From Eledone cirrhosa (Eukaryota), in contig OZ024749.1 of the NCBI GenBank assembly GCA_964016885.1, forward strand, positions 52,514,001-52,578,000: a stretch of DNA of 64,000 nt, in the 5' to 3' direction. Below, piece after piece: positions 37,372 through 50,865 of the stretch (position 1 is the first letter of the stretch; the number at the start of each line of letters is the position of its first letter). The position numbers and the translations under genes are program-made. The notes beneath the pieces were generated by a model. That model was not told the origin of the DNA and searched no databases. It worked only from the letters and a program-made list of their open reading frames with translations.

Positions 37372-40300
37372 ACCTCCACCCTCACTCCATCAATGCCTAC
37401 CTTGTGTTGGTGCCCCCACCCTCACTCCATCAATGCCTACCTTGTGTTGGTGCCCCCACCCTCACACCATCAATGCCTACCTTGTGTTGGTGCCCCCACC
37501 CTCACTCTATCAATGCCTACCTTGTGTTGGTGCCCCCACCCTCACACCATCAATGCCTACCTTGTGTTGGTGCCCCCACCCTCACTCCATCAATGCCTAC
37601 CTTGTGTTGGTGCCTCCAGCCTCACTCCAACAATGCCTACCTTGTGTTGGTGCCCCCACCCTCACACCATCAATGCCTACCTTGTGTTGGTGCCCCCACC
37701 CTCACTCCATCAATGCCTACCTTGTGTTGGTGCCTCCAGCCTCACTCCAACAATGCCTACCTTGTGTTGGTGCCCCCACCCTCACACCATCAATGCCTAC
37801 CTTGTGTTGGTGCCCCCACCCTCACTCCATCAATGCCTACCTTGTGTTGGTGCCCCCACCCTCACTCCATCAATGCCTACCTTGTGTTGGTGCCCCCACC
37901 CTCACTCCATCAATGCTTACCTTGTGTTGGTGCCCCCACCCTCACTCCATCAATGCCTATCTTGTGTTGGTGCCCCCACCCTCACTCCATCAATGCTTAC
38001 CTTGTGTTGGTGCCTCCACCCTCACTCCATCAATGCCTATCTTGTGTTGGTGCCTCCACCCTCACTCCATCAATGCCTACCTTGTGTTGGTGCCCCCACC
38101 CTCACTCCATCAATGCCTACCTTGTGTTGGTGCCCCCACCCTCACTCCATCAATGCCTACCTTGTGTTGGTGCCCCCACCCTCACTCCATCAATGCTTAC
38201 CTTGTGTTGGTGCCCCCACCCTCACTCCATCAATGCCTACCTTGTGTTGGTGCCCCCACCCTCACTCCATCAATGCCTACCTTGTGTTGGTGCCTCCACC
38301 CTCACTCCATCAATGCCTACCTTGTGTTGGTGCCCCCACCCTCACTCCATCAATGCCTACCTTGTGTTGGTGCCTCCACCCTCACTCCATCAATGCCTAC
38401 CTTGTGTTGGTGCCTCCACCCTCACTCCATCAATGCCTACCTTGTGTTGGTGCCCCCACCCTCACTCCATCAATGCCTACCTTGTGTTGGTGCCTCCACC
38501 CTCACTCCATCAATGCCTACCTTGTGTTGGTGCCTCCACCCTCACTCCATCAATGCCTACCTTGTGTTGGTGCCCCCACCCTCACTCCATCAATGCCTAC
38601 CTTGTGTTGGTGCCCCCACCCTCACTCCATCAATGCTTACCTTGTGTTGGTGCCCCCACCCTCACTCCATCAATGCCTACCTTGTGTTGGTGCCCCCACC
38701 CTCACTCCATCAATGCCTACCTTGTGTTGGTGCCTCCACCCTCACTCCATCAATGCCTACCTTGTGTTGGTGCCTCCACCCTCACTCCATCAATGCCTAC
38801 CTTGTGTTGGTGCCTCCACCCTCACTCCATCAATGTCTACCTTGTGTTGGTGCCCCCACCCTCACTCCATCAATGCTTACCTTGTGTTGGTGCCTCCACC
38901 CTCACTCCATCAATGCCTATCTTGTGTTGGTGCCTCCACCCTCACTCCATCAATGCTTACCTTGTGTTGGTGCCCCCACCCTCACTCCATCAATGCTTAC
39001 CTTGTGTTGGTGCCTCCACCCTCACTCCATCAATGCCTATCTTGTGTTGGTGCCTCCACCCTCACTCCATCAATGCCTACCTTGTGTTGGTGCCTCCACC
39101 CTCACTCCATCAATGCCTACCTTGTGTTGGTGCCTCCACCCTCACTCCATCAATGCCTACCTAGTGTTGGTGCCCCCACCCTCACTCCATCAATGCTTAC
39201 CTTGTGTTGGTGCCCCCACCCTCACTCCATCAATGCCTACCTTGTGTTGGTGCCTCCACCCTCACTCCATCAATGCCTACCTTGTGTTGGTGCCTCCACC
39301 CTCACTCCATCAATGTCTACCTTGTGTTGGTGCCCCCACCCTCACTCCATCAATGTCTACCTTGTGTTGGTGCCCCCACCCTCACTCCATCAATGCTTAC
39401 CTTGTGTTGGTGCCTCCACCCTCACTCCATCAATGTCTACCTTGTGTTGGTGCCTCCACCCTCACTCCATCAATGCTTACCTTGTGTTGGTGCCTCCACC
39501 CTCACTCCATCAATGCCTACCTTGTGTTGGTGCCTCCACCCTCACTCCATCAATGCCTACCTTGTGTTGGTGCCTCCACCCTCACTCCATCAATGTCTAC
39601 CTTGTGTTGGTGCCCCCACCCTCACTCCATCAATGTCTACCTTGTGTTGGTGCCCCCACCCTCACTCCATCAATGCTTACCTTGTGTTGGTGCCTCCACC
39701 CTCACTCCATCAATGTCTACCTTGTGTTGGTGCCTCCACCCTCACTCCATCAATGCTTACCTTGTGTTGGTGCCTCCACCCTCACTCCATCAATGCCTAC
39801 CTTGTGTTGGTACCTCCACCCTCACTCCATCAATGCCTACCTTGTGTTGGTACCTCCACCCTCACTCCATCAATGCCTACCTTGTGTTGGTGCCTCCACC
39901 CTCACTCCATCAATGTCTACCTTGTGTTGGTACCTCCACCCTCACTCCATCAATGCCTACCTTGTGTTGGTACCTCCACCCTCACTCCATCAATGCCTAT
40001 CTTGTGTTGGTGCCTCCACCCTCACTCCATCAATGCCTATCTTGTGTTGGTGCCTCCACCCTCACTCCATCAATGCCTACCTTGTGTTGGTGCCTCCACC
40101 CTCACTCCATCAATGCCTATCTTGTGTTGGTGCCTCCACCCTCACTCCATCAATGCCTATCTTGTGTTGGTGCCTCCACCCTCACTCCATCAATGTCTAC
40201 CTTGTGTTGGTACCTCCACCCTCACTCCATCAATGCCTACCTTGTGTTGGTACCTCCACCCTCACTCCATCAATGCCTACCTTGTGTTGGTACCTCCACC

Positions 40301-41816
40301 CTCACTCCATCAATGCCTATCTTGTGTTGGTGCCTCCACCCTCACTCCATCAATGCCTACCTTGTGTTGGTGCCTCCACCCTCACTCCATCAATGTCTAC
40401 CTTGTGTTGGTACCTCCACCCTCACTCCATCAATGCCTACCTTGTGTTGGTGCCCCCACCCTCACTCCATCAATGCCTACCTTGTGTTGGTACCTCCACC
40501 CTCACTCCATCAATGCCTACCTTGTGTTGGTACCTCCACCCTCACTCCATCAATGCCTATCTTGTGTTGGTGCCTCCACCCTCACTCCATCAATGCCTAC
40601 CTTGTGTTGGTGCCTCCACCCTCACTCCATCAATGCCTACCTTGTGTTGGTGCCTCCACCCTCACTCCATCAATGCCTACCTTGTGTTGGTACCTCCACC
40701 CTCACTCCATCAATGCCTATCTTGTGTTGGTACCTCCACCCTCACTCCATCAATGCCTACCTTGTGTTGGTACCTCCACCCTCACTCCATCAATGCCTAC
40801 CTTGTGTTGGTACCTCCACCCTCACTCCATCAATGCCTATCTTGTGTTGGTGCCTCCACCCTCACTCCATCAATGCCTATCTTGTGTTGGTGCCTCCACC
40901 CTCACTCCATCAATGCTTACCTTGTGTTGGTGCCTCCACCCTCACTCCATCAATGCCTACCTTGTGTTGGTGCCTCCACCCTCACTCCATCAATGCCTAC
41001 CTTGTGTTGGTGCCTCCACCCTCACTCCATCAATGCCTACCTTGTGTTGGTGCCTCCACCCTCACTCCATCAATGCCTACCTTGTGTTGGTGCCTCCACC
41101 CTCACTCCATCAATGCCTACCTTGTGTTGGTGCCTCCACCCTCACTCCATCAATGCCTACCTTGTGTTGGTGCCTCCACCCTCACACCATCAATGCCTAC
41201 CTTGTGTTGGTGCCCCCACCCTCACTCCATCAATGCCTACCTTGTGTTGGTGCCTCCACCCTCACACCATCAATGCCTACCTTGTGTTGGTGCCCCCACC
41301 CTCACACCATCAATGCCTACCTTGTGTTGGTGCCTCCACCCTCACACCATCAATGCCTACCTTGTGTTGGTGCCCCCACCCTCACTCCATCAATGCCTAC
41401 CTTGTGTTGGTGCCCCCACCCTCACACCATCAATGCCTACCTTGTGTTGGTGCCTCCACCCTCACTCCATCAATGCCTACCTTGTGTTGGTGCCCCCACC
41501 CTCACTCCATCAATGCCTACCTTGTGTTGGTGCCCCCACCCTCACACCATCAATGCCTACCTTGTGTTGGTGCCCCCACCCTCACTCCATCAATGCCTAC
41601 CTTGTGTTGGTGCCTCCACCCTCACTCCATCAATGCCTACCTTGTGTTGGTGCCCCCACCCTCACACCATCAATGCCTACCTTGTGTTGGTGCCTCCACC
41701 CTCACTCCATCAATGCCTACCTTGTGTTGGTGCCCCCACCCTCACTCCATCAATGCCTACCTTGTGTTGGTGCCCCCACCCTCACTCCATCAATGCCTAC
41801 CTTGTGTTGGTGCCTC
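37372..41816. repeat. 40-bp minisatellite (~111 copies, 4.4 kb)
   Basis: Unit CCTCACTCCATCAATGCCTACCTTGTGTTGGTGCCYCCAC, with no indels visible. Confidence 0.98.
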
Positions 41817-41844
41817 AATGAAAACTCCAGGTATAAGGAGCAAC

Positions 41845-41956
41845 GTGAAGTAAAGTGTCTTGCTCAAGGACATAACGCATCGCTCGGTCCAGGAATCGAA
41901 CTCACAATCTCACGATTGCATATCCAATTCTCTAACCACTCAGCCACGCGCCTTCA
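41845..41956 (-). mobile_element. CORE-type SINE 5' part
   Basis: Reverse complement GGCGCGTGGCTGAGTGGTTAGAG...GAGTTCGATTCC...TCCTTGAGCAAGACACTTT. Confidence 0.78.
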
Positions 41957-41973
41957 TATATATATACACACAT

Positions 41974-42140
<167 letters not shown>

Positions 42141-42189
42141 ACATATATATATACATTTTATATATGTATATATATATATATATATATAT

Positions 42190-42298
<109 letters not shown>

Positions 42299-42299
42299 C

Positions 42300-42340
<41 letters not shown>

Positions 42341-42353
42341 TATATACACATAC

Positions 42354-42394
<41 letters not shown>

Positions 42395-42437
42395 TATCGT
42401 TTCTGAATTGGCAACATGACCCTCGCAAAGTATAACA

Positions 42438-42577
<140 letters not shown>

Positions 42578-42614
42578 ATATATATAAATATATATATATA
42601 TATACATATATATA

Positions 42615-42689
<75 letters not shown>

Positions 42690-42691
<2 letters not shown>

Positions 42692-43030
42692 AGGCACATG
42701 GCTTAGTGGTTAGAGCATTGGGCTTGCAATCGAAAGGTTGTGAGTTCAATTCTCAGACCGGGTGATGTGTTGTTTCCTTGAGCAAGACACTTTATTTCAC
42801 ATTGCTCCAGTTTACTCAGCTGTAGAAATGAGATGGACCCCAGTCCCTATCATTCCACTGCAAAGTGGTCGTGGAGGTGCCACGGCAAAAAAGCACCCAG
42901 CACTCACTGTAAATGAGGTTGGTGTTAGGAAGGGCATCCAGCTGTAGAAATCAAGCCAGAATCAGTTCCCGTCCCACCCTTGCAAGCAGGGGAAAGTGGA
43001 CGTAAAATGAAATGAAATGAAAAATGAAAT
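42690..43030 (+). mobile_element. type A SINE
   Basis: Near-identical to 22263-22603. Confidence 0.9.
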
Positions 43031-43246
43031 ATATATATATAAATATAATATATTATGCTTGCGTGGAAGATGGACGTTAAACGATGATGATGATATGTAT
43101 ATATATACATGTGAGAAAAACCACAGACCCTCCGTCTCAACTCTACTTTTGAAAAGCAGAAGAACTGAAAAACCGGTAAAGGAACCAAATAAATATATAT
43201 TTAAAAAAAAAAAGACTCTAGTTTCATTTTCGATTTCATCTTTTTT

Positions 43247-43280
<34 letters not shown>

Positions 43281-44064
43281 CGAAGGGAGTGTGGTAAGGA
43301 ACTAGGTGGACCATAACCGCATGCAAAAACCGATTGCGTAGGACTTACTTTGCCCTCAAACCCCCTCATGACCCAGGTGGGTAGGCGATGGCTGTAACAT
43401 CCTTCTTTTCCCTACTTGCCGAACAAGATAGGGGAAACCCCAGCATACATAGGTAGATGTAATTCTTTTCTTTTTTCCCCTTTATCTCTTCTTCTCACTT
43501 CCTTCCACTCCCTTTCCTCTTCCTTTTAAACCTCATTTGGTCATTCCATGAGAGTATCTTGGTCGGCCTATGAACATTTCAGCCGACCCTTGTAATCCAT
43601 GTTCTGTAACAAACAACATTTGTTACTGGCTCTACTTCATAAACCCACATTGTCTAACACTGTGTGTGGGTGTGTCTATGTATGAGTATATATGTGTGTG
43701 TATCAATGTGTGTATGTGTATGTGCGTATGAGTGTGTATGTATATAGTAGGGGGGGGGTCACTTGATTCACTGATAATAAAACACTAATAACTATAAACG
43801 TTGGATCACAAGTGTACATTATTATTATATAATAAGCAGGGAAAAGCAGACGTAAAATGATGATGATGATGATGATGATATACATATAGATGTATATATG
43901 TATATACATATATATATATATGTGTATATATATATATAACGTGAGGTATATGATTTTTAATGCAATGAAATACTAATGACCGTTGGCAAATCACTGATGA
44001 GGGACTCATTTTATAACATGTTATCCATGTGCAACCATGCAGTATTCTTCTCCTCATATTTTTC

Positions 44065-44126
<62 letters not shown>

Positions 44127-44287
44127 GTAAATGTGGTTGGTGTTAGGAAGGGCATCCAGCTGTAGAAAACCCACCAGACAGTCCTATGCGAGCAAGACAA
44201 TCACTCTTGCCTCAAGTGGGAAAACCCCCATCCAAACCCATGCAAGCTTGGAACACGGACGTTAAACGATGATGATGATGATGATGA

Positions 44288-44354
<67 letters not shown>

Positions 44355-44361
<7 letters not shown>

Positions 44362-44693
44362 AGATCAAAAGATGGTTAAATGAGTTCCATGTATTTTATT
44401 ATGCGCATTTCAAAAACAAATATCATCATCCAATAACATTTGTGTTTTCATCAGATAAAATAGGAGGACATGATATGAAGGTTAAAAAACACTTGTGGAT
44501 AGTGCAGATTTAAATCAACATATCATATGTTGATTTAAAACTGCACTATCCACAAGTGTTTTTTAACCTTCATGTCATGTCCTCCTATTTTATCTGATGA
44601 AAACACAAATGTTATTGGATGATGATATTTGTTTTTGAAATGCGCATAATAAAATACATGGAACTCATTTAACCATCTTTTGATCTTATATAT
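44355..44693. repeat. 339-bp near-perfect palindrome (fold-back/MITE-like)
   Basis: Arms of ~169 bp around a single C at 44524; two mismatches seen. Confidence 0.95.
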
Positions 44694-44922
44694 TATGTAT
44701 ACTCCAGTCCTACAAACTGTAGAGTGCTTCTTATCCAATATCTGCATTGCTTTATTGTACTACAATAAAACTCACCTCCTACATATATATATTATATATA
44801 TATATATACATACATATACATATATATACACATATATATATATTATATATATACATACATATACATATATATACACACATATATATATATATATTTATAT
44901 ATATATATATATATATATTAAT

Positions 44923-45268
44923 GGAGGCACATGGCTTAGTGGTTAGAGCATTGGCCTTGCAATCGAAAGGTTGTGAGTTCAATTCTCTGATCGGGTGATG
45001 TGTTGTTTCCTTGAGCAAGACACTTTATTTCACATAGCTCCAGTTTACTCAGCTGTAGAAATGAGATGATAGGGACTGGTGTCCCTATCATTCCACTGCA
45101 AAGTGGTCGTGGAGGTGCCACGGAAAAAAAAGCACCCAGTACTCACTGTAAATGAGGTTGGTGTTAGGAAGGGCATCCAGCTGTAGAAATCAAGCCAGAA
45201 TCAGTTCCCCTCCCACCCTTGCAAGCAGGGAAAAGCGGACGTAAAATGATGATGATGATGATGATGAT
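44923..45268 (+). mobile_element. type A SINE
   Basis: Near-identical to 22263-22603. Confidence 0.9.
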
Positions 45269-45276
45269 ATATATAT

Positions 45277-45417
45277 CGTAAAGACCTGAAGATCTGCCTC
45301 TTCGTTGCTGTAGTGGAGTCTGTGCTGTTGTATTGGACACTGACCAAGAAACTCACTCAGTGGATGGGTGCTACACAAGAATGCTCTAACATTAATCAGT
45401 GTATATATATATTCCTC

Positions 45418-45448
<31 letters not shown>

Positions 45449-45682
45449 TCTAGGTGAGTCACAGCAGCTCAGATCAAGAAAATCCATTAGACTTCCACAA
45501 TTGTGTGTGCATTAGTATATATATATATGTGTGTGTATGTGTATGTGTGTGCGTGTGTGTATCTGTGTGTACATGTGTGTGTATATAAATGTGTGCATAT
45601 GTATATATGTGACTGAGGAATATATATATATATATGTGTGTATACTGATTAATGTTCAGAGCCATCCTCAGCATTCTTGTGT
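45277..45682. mobile_element. rearranged fragments of the 15005-16180 RTE family
   Basis: + strand [19 protein letters not shown] / WTLTKKLTQ / DGCYTRML; minus strand [15 protein letters not shown] at 45640-45682. Confidence 0.8.
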
Positions 45683-46554
45683 ATTGTTTGTGTAAATGTG
45701 TGTATATATATATATATATGTGTGTCTGTGTGTACATGTGTAGATATATATGTGTACATGTGTGTATATATATGTGTGTATATATGTGTGTGTACATGTG
45801 TGTATATATATGTGTACATGTTTCTATATATGTGTGTGTACATGTGTATATATATATATATTTTCCGACCTTTCCAACCTCCTCTCTCTCTTCTAACTTT
45901 ACTATTTCCTGATGAAGGACCAACATCCGATATGTTGAGATATTCCTTTTCGATTTCTAAGAAATGTGAAACTCATAAAACCTTGTGTAACTGTTCTCAG
46001 TGTTTATTTGTTGTTGTTTTTTAAGGTGTTAAAAACACCCAGTTGGTGATAAAAACACCCAGTACACTCTGTAAAATGGTCGGTGTTAGGAAGGATATCC
46101 AGCTATAGAAAGCTTGCTCCCAAAAAAAGGGTTGGAAGGACCCTTTAGTTATGTCAAAGACATGACAACTTCTCTTGTGCATTCTGTGGAGCGTCCACTG
46201 TACAGAAAGCGAGACGGCAGTACCCTGCCATGCCTGATAGACCAGTGGCTTCGCTTCAATACTGACATGGTCTATGTAGACCTGTCCAACTCTTGCTAGC
46301 AGGGAAAGCGGATGTTAAAACGATGATGATGATGATGATATTAATAATAACAAATAACTAAACTGAACAAATACTTGTTATTTATTGTTAGATTTGGGGA
46401 TGGTCATTTTTGCCAAAACATATTGTTAGTTATTGCTTTCTCAACAAAGTTTTGACAAAATTGTGCCAATTATATACAATGTTGTCTATATCACGATATG
46501 TATCTGAAAATCATTATTGTCACAATTTTTTAATGACAATTTTTATCTCTTATT

Positions 46555-46665
46555 GCAGCAGTCGCCATTGAGACCTCTGGCGTCCTTGGACATTGTACAG
46601 CAGACCATCTCTTTAAAATTGGAATGATAGCAGCCTGGAATGGCAACAGCTCTGCCATCAGGTCT
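46555..46665 (+). mobile_element. second CRE-clade 3' remnant (internally deleted)
   Basis: Translates AAVAIETSGVLGHCTADHLFKIG...GNSSAI. Confidence 0.65.
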
Positions 46666-47094
46666 CAACTTTTTATAATATAAATATATATTATTGAATA
46701 TTAAAGAGAGACAAACACAGATATATACTTACATGTGTCCAAACCGTAGAGGGACCAGATTCACTAGGGTGAAAAAAATACTAACTATTAACAATAGTTT
46801 GAACACATAGATGTTTATATGTGTGTTTATATTTCTTTTATATTCAATTATATTCCACGGCTCAGAAAAACCTCTTTCTTTGAGCTATTTAATTGTAAGA
46901 GACTATTTTGAGTTTCTAACTCAATATTTACCTTCGATGTATCTCTTTTACTCTTTCACCTGTACCAGCCATCTGGCTGAGGCCATGCTGGGGCACCGCC
47001 ATACATATATATATATATGTATATATATATGTATGTATTTATGTATATATATGTATATATATATACTGGCTGAGGCTGAAGCATATACACAATA

Positions 47095-47466
47095 TGGCCC
47101 ACACTGTAAAGTGGTCGTGTAGGTGCCACAACAAAAAGCACCTAGTCCACACTGTAAAGTGGTCGTGTAGGTGCCACAACAAAAGCACCTAGTCCACACT
47201 GTAAAGTGGTCGTGTAGGTGCCACAACAAAAAGCACCTAGTCCACACTGTAAAGTGGTCGTGTAGATGCTACGGTAAAAAAGCACCCAGCACTCACTATA
47301 AATGTGGTCGGTGTTAGGAAAGGGATCCAGCTGTAGAAACCAAGCCAGAATCAATTCAGTATGAGCAAGACAAGGTTACCTAACCTAGCACTGTTCACAA
47401 CAGGACAACCCGTCTAACCTATGCTAGCGTGGAAGAATGGACGTAAAACGATGATGATGATGATGA
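47095..47466 (+). mobile_element. RTE-tailed SINE body with internal 48-bp tandem amplification
   Basis: CCACACTGTAAAGTGGTCGTGTAGGTGCCACAACAAAAAGCACCTAGT x3-4, then GGTGTTAGGAAAGGGATCCAGCTGTAGAAAC and the RTE tail. Confidence 0.85.
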
Positions 47467-48377
47467 AATAAACAAACTCTATTGTACCTATATATGTGTA
47501 TGTGTGTATATATATATGTCTAACTATCGATCTATTTAACTATCTATCTGTATGTGTTAGTATTACTACTGGTTGACTACACGCTTCACTTGCCACACAG
47601 TAAAACTTAATTGTAAACAGCAGTGTTTGGCAATTCCAAATGAGAAATAAACAAACACTATTGTGCCTATATATGTGGATGTGTGTATACACATATTAAC
47701 AATAAATGTAGTCACTGAGGAGGTCAGAGGATGTATGATGAAAGAGATTTAACAATCAACAATTAAACAGCCATCCAGTTATTAAACTAACTGACTGGGA
47801 GTTTATAATAATAAAAGTGAAATATAACTGGTTTGTGTGTTTTTATTGGCAGCATGACCATCCCAAAGTATAATAATGATAAGATATATATATGTGTGTG
47901 TGTGTGTGTGTGCAATATTACACCAGATACAAGTACATATAAACACATATATATATGTATGTACGTATATATATATATATATATATATAAAATTTTTCCT
48001 GAGTTCGGTTTTCTTCATCGCTATGGCTATGGTCACTGCGGCCCGTCTATCGGTCGCTGTATTTGATTTGCAAAGCTGTCTAAACGTAATGTTATAACTC
48101 TAGGGTAATATTCCCTATTGAGTGCTTAGCTGCACACCGAAATTGCATTCGTTAGCTTGGCTGCAACCAAAAGCTTCGTTGATGCTGTGCTAAAATTTGA
48201 AGAGTTGCCGAGTAATAAGAACTCTATGTATTTACTTGAATTGGATATTCAGTGTTAAAAGTGTGAATTAACACAGACATCTGTTTGTTATTGGCATAAT
48301 ATGTAGAGTGTTTATATTATGGATGAGAGATTGACATTACTGTTGGAAAAATGGGCGTAAAACGATGATGCTAATGA

Positions 48378-48421
<44 letters not shown>

Positions 48422-48435
48422 TCATTAGCATCATC

Positions 48436-48470
<35 letters not shown>

Positions 48471-48472
<2 letters not shown>

Positions 48473-48596
48473 CGAAGGAAGTGTGGTAAGGAACCAGATG
48501 GACCATTGGCTCACTGCCAATACTTGCCTTCCAGAGCCTTTGTCCAGAAATAGCCGTCGAAACGGCTTGAGCTCTGCCGTCGGGGTTAAACATTTT

Positions 48597-48600
<4 letters not shown>
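48471..48600 (+). mobile_element. short TA-embedded element with hammerhead 3' half
   Basis: Same family as 23281 and 33830; contains AGCCGTCGAAACGGCTTGAGCTCTGCCGTCGGGGT. Confidence 0.7.
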
Positions 48601-48667
<67 letters not shown>

Positions 48668-48674
<7 letters not shown>

Positions 48675-48900
48675 AAAGTTTGTCTCGAGCTGGTGCTTAT
48701 CACTGTTTCCATGGCGTGAAGCGACTGAAAGTACAAGACTCTCCCCTGGATATGTCGCCAGTCCATCGCAGGGTTAAACCCCCAGCTATTGTTGGCACTC
48801 ATTTTTTTTTTTTTTTTAGCTGAGTATACTAGAACAACGTGAAATGAAGTGTTTTGCTCAAAAAACACAACACGAAACCCAGCTCAGGAATCGTCGAACC
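48668..48900 (-). mobile_element. CORE-type SINE with alternative (non-RTE) tail
   Basis: Reverse complement has TTGAGCAAAACACTTCATTTCAC...CAGCT then CCTGCGATGGACTGGCGAC and an ACTTT tail. Confidence 0.75.
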
Positions 48901-49298
48901 TACATTTTTTTTTTTTTTTTGCTTTTGTTTGTTTATTTTTTTTTGGGGGGGGGGGGATTTTTTGTCAATATATTCAAGACTTGGAAAATATTTCACGACT
49001 AGACTAAAGGGAGATAACTATGACTACACTATTTCAGAAATACATTTCCTCTTAAAAGTATGTGCCGCCTTGTATGCAACTATGACAAGGATTAAAACTA
49101 GCAGAAAAGGAGGAGGTTTGAGTTTCATCAACGGATTGTTATTTCAACAACATTCTCATCAACTAGGTGCGACTATATATGTATATATAAATATATATAT
49201 GTATGTATACATATATATATAAATATATATATATATTTATTTATATATGTATGTATATATTTATAATGCACATGCATAAATATATGTATACATATATA

Positions 49299-49341
<43 letters not shown>

Positions 49342-50804
49342 ACTTCCGTGCATGCGTGTTGCAGGAAGGAATTAGTGAATTGTTAAATTGAAGATCAGTT
49401 TTATGTTAAATGTCTCTCTCTCTCTCTCTCTGTTCAACATTGCTTCCTTAGCTTCGAGAACGTTGCTTCTCGAACTCTTCGATACAAAGTATCCTCTTTT
49501 TAACTTGAATGAACTTTTCCATGGACGGCTCACTGCCAATACTTGCCTTCCAGAGCCTTACACGACAGCGAGAATAACAATCGCCAAGAAAGAAATGTTT
49601 ATTTATACCTAAGACAAGCTTGGATTGGATACCAAAATAGCGTGTTGTTGTTGTTTTTAAAAACAACAACAACGAAGTACTTGAAAATATGAACTACAGT
49701 TATATGTGGGGCTCTCCTCCTTTACACCCACCAGAGGGTCTGCGGACCCCACATTGGGAACAACTGCTTCTAAATCGATAGATCAATAGATGCCACTTGA
49801 TTTCTTAAAATAAAAAAAGAAAGACTTCACGGATATTTTCCCACGCCTAATATATCAACGGTTAATAATATATACAAATATATCAATACACACACACATA
49901 TATATTAGTAAATGACTGGCGAGGATTTTCCAAAGGTATGGACAAAAATCTACAGCGAATTGTATGATGAAGATATGGCTCTTCTTCAAAATATCGATTG
50001 AAAAAAGTTATAGATCTTTTCTTTTCTTCGATTTCCTAAGTTATACACCATTATATCTTCAACTATTATTTTCGTTGTGCTTTTCACTGTTACTAGAAGA
50101 ATTATGAGAACAAATTCTTGTGAACAAGCATAGAAAGCAGGCCTGTGAAGGTAGGAACAATTTGACAGTTCTACAACTTGTTAACTGCTGCTACGAAATA
50201 ATTGGTTGTTGCTACAACAATTCTTTAAAGATTAATGTCACTTCGATAACACTTTGAACATTCACTTATCAGACTGAACACAGGCAAGTTAAAAATGAGA
50301 AAGGGATTTAACGATCCCCATTTAAAACCTAACGAAACTTATTGATATAATTTAAAACTATTTAGAATTGATAAATACATCTCGATTCAAAGGTTAATTA
50401 CTTTTGATAAGAGAGGGGGGAAAGGGGGTGAAAAAAGAATTATATGCCGTAAACTTACTAACAAGCTGTTATCAAAGAACATTCGTTTAGAATGTGGAAC
50501 ATATGAAATACTTCTCAATATATCGTTGAGGAAATAACTAAGGATCTTTTAAAGAGTATGTTAGAGTAGCTTAATATAAGAGAAAATATATTTACGAAAA
50601 AGGAGCGCCTTAGATTGTCATTTGTTACATATTGTGTTGTGTGGTGTTAAACACTATGAAGAAAAGTGTAATAAAATGAAACTATTCGGCAAGTGTCTGC
50701 GCACACATTTACGATGATTGTTCGGACTTATGAAGGAACTTAGATAAACCAATTGGTATCTAAAGTTTCAGAGTGAAGTGGGAGGTTGTGTGTGTCTGCA
50801 TATA

Positions 50805-50865
<61 letters not shown>

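Noticed and set aside
43195-43250. Hammerhead in the 34135/43108 repeat (minus strand GATGA...GAAACTAGAGTC)
   Set aside because: CTGA core replaced by an A-run in both copies; suggestive of a Penelope-like terminus but not callable
43985-44030. CTGATGAGGG hammerhead core
   Set aside because: No GAAA or stem II partner downstream
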